Assembly (NCBI GenBank): GCA_963771885.1 | Contig: CAVYVF010000006.1 | Coordinates: forward strand, 1-26,835 | Source: Candidatus Bathyarchaeota archaeon | GTDB lineage: Archaea; Thermoproteota; Bathyarchaeia; TCS64 | Direction: 5' to 3' | Length of the DNA: 26,835 nucleotides | Part shown: in pieces, positions 18,472-26,835 of the stretch | Numbering within the stretch: the stretch's first letter is position 1 | Layout: every line of letters starts with the position of its first letter | Program-made: the position numbers and the translations under genes | The notes under the pieces: generated by a model | What the model was told of the DNA's origin: nothing | Seen by the model: only the letters and a program-made list of their open reading frames with translations | The model's database searches: none

Positions 18472-19302
18472 ATGTCACCCAAAAAAGCTCTGATAAGTAT
18501 ACTACTCATCGTAGCTATGATTGCCCCTACCGTTCAGGGAATCCCTAGTGGTGGTGGTTTACCACCGAGCTTTACATACAATTCAGGAGAATGGTATGAC
18601 GCTTGGGGAATCACACGCACATATGCCGAAGGAAGCCACGGCTACCTCCCACTACTACTCGCAGAGACAATTGGTGATAACAGTGAACAAGCCTATAGTA
18701 TTGGTCAAAGGATGCAAGATACCTACTCCGATGAGAATACGCTGGCGACTAAGATTCTGAATTATGTCCAGACCTGGGTTGAATACGGGTATGATAGCGA
18801 TAATGTGTTCATGAATGGTGTAGCGCAAGAGGAGTGGGCTTGGAACGCTGATGAATTAGCGCACAGCTTCGACACGTCAACGGGCCAGGTGGCGGTGGGG
18901 GACTGCGAAGACATGTCTTTCCTCAGCGCAACAATCTATGAAGGCGCAGGGTTCGAAACAGCTATCATCGACGCACCCGGACACGTAGCCTTACTCATCT
19001 GGTTACCCGATTTCCAGAACGCTAACCATTACTGGGATCTAGATGATGGCCGAGGAGCTGGCTGGATCTGGGTCGAGGCAACCGGCTCATCGAACCCTCT
19101 GGGCTGGACGCCCCCGGAATTCTCAGATGGTGAATGGACCGCATATACGCATGTTGACGATACCTTCTATTCTCAGCAACCCTATCAGGGTTCTACAGAT
19201 GGAACGGGAACCGATGGTTCAGGGTCTACTGGATTCGATTTGAACCTCGTGATACTCATCATTGTAATACTATTCATATTGTTCACAAAGTCCAGAAGGT
19301 AG
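18472..19302 (+). CDS. Secreted transglutaminase-like (Cys-His-acid triad) protein with C-terminal membrane anchor
   Basis: Signal peptide; GDCEDMS, PGHVAL, WIWVEAT; G/S/T linker, TM helix, KSRR tail. Confidence 0.8.
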   Translation: MSPKKALISILLIVAMIAPTVQGIPSGGGLPPSFTYNSGEWYDAWGITRTYAEGSHGYLPLLLAETIGDNSEQAYSIGQRMQDTYSDENTLATKILNYVQTWVEYGYDSDNVFMNGVAQEEWAWNADELAHSFDTSTGQVAVGDCEDMSFLSATIYEGAGFETAIIDAPGHVALLIWLPDFQNANHYWDLDDGRGAGWIWVEATGSSNPLGWTPPEFSDGEWTAYTHVDDTFYSQQPYQGSTDGTGTDGSGSTGFDLNLVILIIVILFILFTKSRR

Positions 19303-19374
19303 CCACCAATATGTGCACATAGATGGAACTCTTATAGAGGTAGATTTGAAAGGATCAACATCAGTCTTTGAAAC

Positions 19375-20554
19375 ATGGACACCGTAGCCGCGGAGTCTGA
19401 ATCTGAGAGCCTCCAAAATCAATAAGGATCTAGTCTTCGGAAATACCAAGTTCTCACTGAAAATCCTCAAAGAGTTGCAGACAGAAGACAAAGACACAAA
19501 CATATTCATATCCCCTATCAGCATCTCGATGGCTCTAGCCATGCTCTATAACGGAGCTGAAAGTCACACCAAAGAAGCGATTGCTGAAGCTTTACAGCTA
19601 AAGGGAATACATCCCGCTGATATTAATGAGGGGTTTCAAGACCTCATGGATTCACTGGACAACCTGGGCACCCATGTCAGCTTGAGTATAGCAAACTCTA
19701 TCTGGGTCAGACAAACATTCGAATCTAATATTAAAGACGGATTCAAGAGCGACCTCGCCACATATTTCAGAAGCGAGATTCTTCCCCGTCGATTTAATGA
19801 CTCCGCTACCATAAACGAGATCAATGCTTGGGTTAAAACAAAGACGGGCGACAAGATAGAAAAAATAATTGAATACCTTTCTCGAGATACAATGATGTTC
19901 ATCATCAACGCGATATATTTCAAGGGAGAGTGGCTCCAAAAATTCGAAGAAACTAAGACTCGACAGAGGAATTTCCATCTCGAAAACGGAAAAACCATAC
20001 AGAAAAAAATGATGAACACAGTCAAAAAGTTCCATTATTGTCATGAAGACAGTATACAGGCTGCACGATTGCCGTATGGTCGAGACAAGATAGCGATGTA
20101 TATACTATTACCCGATGAAGGCGCGAATCTAAATTCTCTCGTAAACGACATCGACCCGGATAAACTAGAAGCCATTTTCTTAAAGATGAAAAAAACTGAA
20201 CTAGAGTTACAATTACCGAAGTTAAAGCTAGAATACGGAAAGAAGCAGTTGAATGACGCCCTAATCCGACTAGGAATGGGCGTAGCCTTCGATAGAGAAT
20301 CCGCCAATTTCAAGGCAATTGCCACACTCGACTCCGAGAACCTATTCGTATCTTTCGTAGACCATAAGGCCGTTGTTGAAGTTAACGAGATGGGAACAGA
20401 AGCAGCGGCAGTTACGAATATAGGAATCAAGCTATCGAGTATGTCGATCACAACCCGGAGATTTATCGTGAATAAGCCCTATTTGTTTCTGATACGTGAT
20501 GACCGTTCTGGTTTAATTTTGTTTATAGGAAAGATCGTAGAACCACTCCAATAA
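19375..20554 (+). CDS. Serpin (serine protease inhibitor); N-terminus probably frameshifted
   Basis: NIFISPISISMAL, NAIYFKGEW, EVNEMGTEAAAVT hinge, FIVNKPYLFLIRD...ILFIGKI; frame open from 19388, out-of-frame ATG at 19375. Confidence 0.93.
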
Positions 20555-20734
20555 CTATTCACACACTCCTAGATGGGAAGCTTTAACTCAATAATATCTC
20601 AAACGAGCATAATACACTGGCATCGAGTTGCATGGTAGTAATTAGATGGTTTAAGACAATTTTTTGTTTGCGCGCACGAAATTAGAAAGTTCTTTATGTC
20701 CTGTTAAATATATGGCTCTAATGGTGAAAACAAA

Positions 20735-21133
20735 GTGTCGGATATCCTTGGGAAACTTAAGTCAGGTGCTTCGAAAGCAGCCTTTGACGCGGACAAGTTG
20801 ATGAAAGTAAGGAAGATCGAAGGGGACATTACTCAGCTTAAAAAACAGATAGATAACTTCCAAGAGAGGCTTGGTGAAATCACTTACCTTAGCTATGTTA
20901 ACAAGGAGCCGCAGAGCCAAGAAGCTATAGACTATTGTGAAAAGTTAACCGCTCTCGAGCAACAAGTAGTTGCTAAGCAGGAAGAGATAAAAACTATCCA
21001 GGCCGAAATTTACGGACAGGCGGCACCAGCCAGCGCTCCGGTCGTCACGAATTTCCAAAAATGTCCCAACTGTGGAAAGATGAACGCCGCTAATACAAAG
21101 TTCTGCGCCGAATGCGGTACAAAACTAGGTTAA
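20735..21133 (+). CDS. Coiled-coil protein with C-terminal zinc ribbon
   Basis: CPNCG...FCAECGTKL; GGTGA RBS upstream. Confidence 0.85.
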   Translation: MSDILGKLKSGASKAAFDADKLMKVRKIEGDITQLKKQIDNFQERLGEITYLSYVNKEPQSQEAIDYCEKLTALEQQVVAKQEEIKTIQAEIYGQAAPASAPVVTNFQKCPNCGKMNAANTKFCAECGTKLG

Positions 21134-21333
21134 ATGGATACAATTGAGCGCGCATCCCCGTTTTCTGATCCTCATAGCTCATGAAGAAGGAAAGAAAGAC
21201 TGGTTAAGCCTCTACCTGATAAAAACCTCGTAGAGAAGCCAGACCCGCGAGCGGCCACGGATGAGCGGCAGACGCGCTCGCATAATATAAAAGCAGTTAT
21301 TTAGACTCCAATACACAAGTCCATAGACCTCCA

Positions 21334-23277
21334 ATGAGGGCAAAGACTCAATGCGCCCGAGATTGCCCCGATTCCTGCTACATGGATGCAGAGGTGATAA
21401 AAGGTAAACTATTCTCAGTCACCGGAGGAAGAGACAACCCCATAACAAACGGAATGGTCTGCCCCCGAGGAGCAGGAGACGTAACACGAGTCTACAGTGA
21501 AAAACGCGTTCTATACCCACGATTAAGAACAGGTAAAAAACCGAACAATGAATATCTTAAGGTAACATGGAACCAAGCCTACGACAAAATTACCTCAACC
21601 TTGAAGGATTCACTAGAAAAATATGGTCCCGATAAGATTTTACTATTGGACTATGCAGGCAACGCAGCTCTAATAACTTCTCAGTACTCGATGCGCCTCT
21701 GGGCGGCAATGGGAGCAACCCACACCGATCACTCAATATGCAGCTTATCCGGGCACGAGGCCCTCAAGCTACACTACGGACTCAGCTACGGGGTTACTGC
21801 TGAAAAACTATCGAGTATGAGACTCGTTATACTCTGGGGACACAATGCGAAAGTTAGCAGCATGCATCAGTGGGCCCAAATAAATAAGGCACGGGAAAAT
21901 GGGGCAAAACTTGTTGTTATTGACCCCCGATGCAGTGAATCAGCGGCTCAGGCAGATTTATGGATTAAGCCCAAACCCGGGTCCGATGTAACGCTCGCTT
22001 ATGGCATCGCCAATTGTATGATAAAAAAAGGCTACGTTGACCTTGACTTCATAAAACAGTATACAATCGGCTACGATAATTATCGAAATGAAGCTCTAAA
22101 CTGGTCAAAAAGCAAAGTTGAATCCATCACAGGTGTTGAATGGAGCGAGGTCGAGACCCTAGCGACTCTACTCGGAGAAAATAAGCCAAGCGTCATCTTC
22201 ATGGGGATAGGTCTTCAGAAGAGCAGCAATGGTGCTGAGGCGATCAGAGGCATCTCACTTCTGCCAAACCTAGTCGGACAACATCGAGGATTCTACTATA
22301 CAAACAGCCGAGCCCGATTCATCGACTATGATTATCTCAACAACCCTAATCATAATTTTATTTGGAAAACCGTTAGTCAAACAAACTTAGCCTCACAGAT
22401 TCAAGACGGAGATTTCAAATTCATCTACGTAACTGGCACCAATCCCCTCGTTACGTTACCCAACCAAAAGTCTCTACGTGAGGGACTATGCAGAAGCGAC
22501 GTCTATTTGGTAGTTCACGATACGCATATGACCGAGACTTGTGATTACGCTGACGCCGTTCTCCCTGCGCCGACCTTCCTAGAAAAGGAGGACGTCTCAA
22601 TATCCGATTGTCACCCTTACACCCGTTTCGGACAGCGGTGTATCGAGCCCTTGGGTGAGAGCCGCACCGAAGTATCCGTCACGAGAGAAATAGCCCTCCG
22701 CGTTGGAATAGGTGGCCCATGGCTCATGGAGGAGCCGAGGGAAGCAATAAGGAAAACTATGAAGGACTCATTCGAAAATGGAACTGTTGAAGAGTTTCTC
22801 CAAGGCAAAGATTTGAAGATGAGGGAGAGAAACCGAGATGAATATCAGACTCCAAGTGGAAAAGTCGAGTTCACATCAACGACCGCCATCGACCCGACCA
22901 CTCCACTTCCTATACAGCTCCCACTCCTTGACGAGGATTCCTTAACCCTGCTAAATAGCTCCCTTCCGCACTGGACTCACAGTCAATTCAGAGATGTTTA
23001 CGGGGAAATACCTTCAATTGTTTGGGTGAACAAACTTGACGCAGATGCGAGAGGAATTAGCGACGGTGATGCCGTTATTTTAAGTAATTCTGGTGGTGAG
23101 ATAGAGGTTAAAGCACTGGTTGGTGCCAAGGTCAGGCGAGGGGTGCTATGGTCTCCTCGACCAATAATCGATGCCATAGGTAGACCCCAAAATACGTTAA
23201 CTTTAGGAAAACCTCAGCATATAGGTGGGGGTCCTAGTTTTAACTCGACAAGAGTTATCTTAAATAAGAAAAAATGA
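21334..23277 (+). CDS. Molybdopterin-dependent oxidoreductase (DMSO reductase superfamily) with N-terminal 4Fe-4S motif
   Basis: CARDCPDSC...CPRG, VIDPR, PGSD, ADAVLPAPTFLE, TPSGKVEF; intact 647 aa. Confidence 0.92.
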   Translation: MRAKTQCARDCPDSCYMDAEVIKGKLFSVTGGRDNPITNGMVCPRGAGDVTRVYSEKRVLYPRLRTGKKPNNEYLKVTWNQAYDKITSTLKDSLEKYGPDKILLLDYAGNAALITSQYSMRLWAAMGATHTDHSICSLSGHEALKLHYGLSYGVTAEKLSSMRLVILWGHNAKVSSMHQWAQINKARENGAKLVVIDPRCSESAAQADLWIKPKPGSDVTLAYGIANCMIKKGYVDLDFIKQYTIGYDNYRNEALNWSKSKVESITGVEWSEVETLATLLGENKPSVIFMGIGLQKSSNGAEAIRGISLLPNLVGQHRGFYYTNSRARFIDYDYLNNPNHNFIWKTVSQTNLASQIQDGDFKFIYVTGTNPLVTLPNQKSLREGLCRSDVYLVVHDTHMTETCDYADAVLPAPTFLEKEDVSISDCHPYTRFGQRCIEPLGESRTEVSVTREIALRVGIGGPWLMEEPREAIRKTMKDSFENGTVEEFLQGKDLKMRERNRDEYQTPSGKVEFTSTTAIDPTTPLPIQLPLLDEDSLTLLNSSLPHWTHSQFRDVYGEIPSIVWVNKLDADARGISDGDAVILSNSGGEIEVKALVGAKVRRGVLWSPRPIIDAIGRPQNTLTLGKPQHIGGGPSFNSTRVILNKKK

Positions 23278-23647
23278 TTACATCGCCCACGCGACAAACA
23301 CTCAATCTCTAACCCTAATCCCCCAAAGCTGATCCTAATGCCATCAATGTAAACTGGGTTTCTCGGCACCGAAGTCACGTTATCAAACGAGTATATCACA
23401 GACCCGAGCACCCTAATGTTCTCGGACGGCATACCACCGACCTACACATACATCTTCAGGCGCGCGTGCAGCCTAGTAAGAGGCGATTTCCAATATTTTT
23501 ACAATTTAACACCTAGTTTGTGTACAATTGTAATCATACTTGATTAATCATTAAAAACCAGAAGAAAATCCGCCGAACGGACGAGGCGACGGACATGTTC
23601 CCAAAAACCAGCAGAGAAACAAAAGCGCCAACGGGAGGATACCTACG

Positions 23648-24997
23648 GTGGCGCTAAGAGACCTACCCGGACCTAAAATAGTCGAGCCCGTTACCCGGAC
23701 CAAACGTCCAGGAATTCATAAGACAAGCCGGGCCACTATTCCCCCGATACTCCCAACCCTTAATGGATGAAGCAGAAGGAATCTACATCAAAGATATCGA
23801 CGGCAACGTCTTCGTCGACTTCATCTCAGGAAGATGCGTCGTAAACATCGGCTACAGCCACCCGACTTTCGTAAAAGCACTGCAGGAACAAGTCCCAAAG
23901 GGAACAAACGGATTAACCACAAAAATCCTATATATGATCCAGAAACTCAGCCAGGTCACCCCCGGGAACTATACCAAAGCAGTAATCTGCGGCGTATCAG
24001 GATCCGAGATGAACGACCTCGCCATCAAAGTCGCACGCCGAGTAACAAAGCGAAGCGACATCATCACTTTCGCAGGATCCTACCACGGAGTATCCTACGG
24101 CGCCCTAAGCCTCTCCTCATATAAACGCGACATGATCAAAGGCTTCGGACCAAAGCTACCCGGAATCCACAACATGATGTACCCCTACTGCTACAGATGC
24201 CCATTCAAGATGGAGCACCCAAGCTGCGACCTCGCATGCCTACATCTGATGACTGACCAGGCATTCAAAAGCTATGTAGTACCCGAGGAGGTAGCCGCGG
24301 TATTCGCGGAGCCCATACAGGGAGACGCGGGTTGGCATATCCCACCCCCAAACTGGCACTCGACACTGCGAAAAATCTGCGATGAACATGGAATACTACT
24401 CGTCTCCGAGGAAGTACAAACAGGCTTCGGGAGAACCGGCAAGTGGTGTGGAATAGACCACTGGCAGGTAACACCCGATATCACGCTGCTTGGAAAAAGC
24501 ATCGCATGCGGCGTACCCAACGCCGCAGCCGTAATTAAAGCAGAACTATTCGATAGGACAGACCCATTCGACCTTATCTTACTCATGAACACATACAGCT
24601 ACAACCCCCTATCCTGCGTAGCCACCCTAGCGAACATCGACATCATCGAGAAGGAGAAACTTGTAGTAGAGATCCGCCCAACTGGGCGAATACGCCTACA
24701 AGAGGCTCACGACATGGTTGACGACCACAGAATCCTAGGCGACGTACGTGGAAAGGGACTCATGCTCGGGGTAGAGGTAGTGAAAGACAAGGCCAGCAAA
24801 ACACCCGGCGTAGCTCGAGGCCAACAAGAATCCTCCAAGAGGCCTTCAATAGAGGCCTCTACATGATCCAGATGGGTGCCATGGACACCGCAGTCCTCCG
24901 CATAGCTCCACCCCTAATAATAACTAAGGAGCAACTGGACGCCTGCTTGGAGATTCTCGACGACTCAGTCTCTGAGGCTGAACACGCCTTACCGTGA
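23648..24997 (+). CDS. Class-III PLP-dependent enzyme (aminotransferase fold; probable amino-acid racemase), frameshifted
   Basis: DIDGNVFVDF, SGSE, GSYHG, EPIQGDAG, EVQTGFGRTG, LGKS, GDVRGKGLMLGVE, LRIAPPLII; GTG at 23648 after GGGAGG. Confidence 0.88.
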
Positions 24998-26181
24998 TCC
25001 TCGTTGGGTCAACTGACAGCCACTGAAACGTAAATGCACCTACCACTCCGAGAAAACCCATGAAAATCCCAAAGAACGTGTAACTGTAAACCGGAATAAT
25101 CAATCCCCCCACAACGGAGGCCACCATCGCGCCCATGTTGATTGCCGCAGAGTGAGTAGACATCATCGCCCCCATGTGTCCTGGAAGCTGCTCCACAGTC
25201 AGACTCGTCGAGACGGTCCCCATAACCCCACCCGTGAGACACCCTAGAAGCGAAAAGAAGATGGACCACCAAACATCTGGCGACACCACAGCACCAATCG
25301 TGAAGATGCTGCAAGTCAGAGCAGAGACCACCGTCAACGGCTTCCTACCGAATCTCCTCGTCAGTGGATCAGTCGCAATGCATCCAACTATGTAGGACAA
25401 TGGGGTAAAGATCATAACTAAAGAAACGAACGAGGTGGAGACGCCGTATGCCTGTCGCCAAAATGACGCACCATACACCAGAAACACGTTAAAGGTCGCC
25501 ATCCCCAAAGTTGTCCCAACAATGCAGGCTAGAGCAGATTCTTGCCCCAACGGCCTTAAGCCCATCCATCACCATACCCAGGGAATTAGCTGAGCCCACG
25601 GGGTTCGCCCCTCGGGGCACCCTCCAATAGACCAGCAGCAAGGTCAAAACGGTAACGGGAATCATCACCCAAAACATAGCAGCCCGCCAACCATAACTAG
25701 TCGTGAGTAGATTCGTGCCGGTGCCCCAAACAGGAACATGAGAGAGGTGACAACCAGTGTCACCCCAATCGCCCCGGTTCGTTTTTTCTCGGGTAGCAGC
25801 TCCCCAATCAACGCATTCGGCATCGATATCACGACCGCCGTCGCGACCCCCGAAAGCCCCAGAACAAGTAGCATCAGAGGAAAACTATCAACGACATAGA
25901 TCGCTATCAGTCACAATGACGTAGAGCCCTAAGCCCATACACAGAGATCGCGGTGATCAAACCTCCTGCTAGGCCCCCATAATAAGTGAGAAAAAGATAG
26001 CGACGACCGCGAACGCAGTCGTAAGTTGACCCGCCATCCCAATCGAGACCCCAAAAGTGCTAGCGATCTCAATCAAAACAAGGCCTAAGACAACTATCGG
26101 GATGTTGGTGACGCCTCTTGATAAGGCAAGGGAAAGAACCCCCACCCTATCCAACCCAGCAATCTTCTCGACTTCCCCCAA
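24924..26181 (-). CDS. MFS transporter, multiply frameshifted (pieces 25969-26181, 25665-25874, 25489-25677, 24924-25565)
   Basis: IASTFGVSIGMAGQLTT; motif-A-like DPLTRRFGRKPL; many TM segments; 3' end uncertain because it overlaps the convergent gene. Confidence 0.8.
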
Positions 26182-26370
26182 TAACCACTCACCTCAACCA
26201 GACCAATAATCCTGAATTTACCCAACTAATGACAAGGATGTTTACAATTGTAATCAGCACAGAAGCACACGTGAGTTATATCTTGCAAGGCAATACTATT
26301 CAAAATCAAAGATAATGCCGTATTGAAAGTTTTTTAAATAAAAATAATTGGAAATTGAGATGTTGAGTTG

Positions 26371-26664
26371 TCATTTATTGTATTTTAGGTAACTGCTAAC
26401 CATCTGATTCGAGTCGTTAATGGGATAGATTTTTATAGGTAGCTCAGGAAGTAGTAACTGGCATAATTTGCCAGCTCCTGCGGCGTGATCCGTTTCCAGC
26501 ACAGTAAAGCCCTTAGTTTCTAATCCTATGTGACATGGACCAAATACGGTTTTTAATCCATGTCCGAATAGGTTCTCCATCCCGGCTTCGTTTCTCTTCT
26601 TGAACTTGTTGATGACCTTGGGTATATCCTCGGGTTTCATCTCCCAGAAAGCGATGTACCTCAT
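26371..26664 (-). CDS. DUF3303/GYD-like small protein
   Basis: MRYIAFWE...KGFTVLETD...IKIYPI pattern; GAGGTGA RBS; apparent compensating frameshifts mid-gene. Confidence 0.6.
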   Translation of the reverse strand: MRYIAFWEMKPEDIPKVINKFKKRNEAGMENLFGHGLKTVFGPCHIGLETKGFTVLETDHAAGAGKLCQLLLPELPIKIYPINDSNQMVSSYLKYNK

Positions 26665-26835
26665 CCCTCACCTCTCCACCTTTTTTTTTTCACGCCTTCC
26701 TCAATTGATGTTCCCACGGGGAAGGCTAATGTTGTTTCCACGCCATTACCTAATAGTGTTTGTGGACAATAATTCATAATTATTGGAATTGTTTTCATGA
26801 TTATTATTCCTTATATTTATTGCTCAAACTGAGGT

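Larger units (their letters stand above)
2686..23466. repeat. Dispersed (CG)n tracts of 6-10 nt, 16 copies, intergenic or at gene ends
   Basis: At 2686, 2978, 3095, 4122, 6800, 11134, 11506, 11594, 12341, 12359, 14096, 17883, 17898, 20670, 21148 and 23460. Confidence 0.8.

Noticed and set aside
23214..23432. 72-aa minus-strand ORF after the oxidoreductase
   Set aside because: Overlaps the oxidoreductase 3' end and has no recognisable motif; a gene remnant cannot be excluded.
24924..24997. 74-nt convergent overlap between the PLP enzyme and MFS genes as antisense regulation
   Set aside because: The MFS tail after VDPTR looks like read-through from an indel in an error-rich region.
1..26835. 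CRISPR array, tRNA, rRNA, transposase, integrase or defence system
   Set aside because: No regularly spaced repeats, cloverleaf, terminal inverted repeats or matching protein motifs were seen.

Overview
Gene-dense ~27 kb prokaryotic accessory region. It is probably archaeal (Bathyarchaeia-like; inferred from two archaeal-type ArsR/wHTH-DUF1724-like regulators, TATA-like upstream boxes, GGTGA/GGAGG ribosome-binding sites and oligo-T tracts). Contents: two copies of a 'small beta-rich protein + wHTH regulator' module; a metal-homeostasis locus (His-rich protein, CsoR/RcnR-family repressor with operator, P1B-ATPase); hydrolases; flavodoxin-like proteins with a CDP-alcohol phosphotransferase; MscL; an Asp/Glu-type racemase; a transglutaminase-like surface protein; a serpin; a molybdopterin oxidoreductase; a class-III PLP enzyme with a racemase-type Asp; and an MFS transporter. 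Many genes near the two ends of the window are split by single-base indels, most likely sequencing errors. I saw no rRNA, tRNA, CRISPR array or transposase. Most notable: (1) 16 pure (CG)n tracts confined to intergenic DNA and gene ends, roughly coinciding with flips in strand compositional skew; (2) an apparently circularly permuted MscL; (3) the duplicated regulator module with a shared TATGA-N4-TCATA palindrome; (4) a probable PLP-dependent amino-acid racemase that would likely be annotated as an aminotransferase. All family calls come from motif recognition by eye; no database searches were run.
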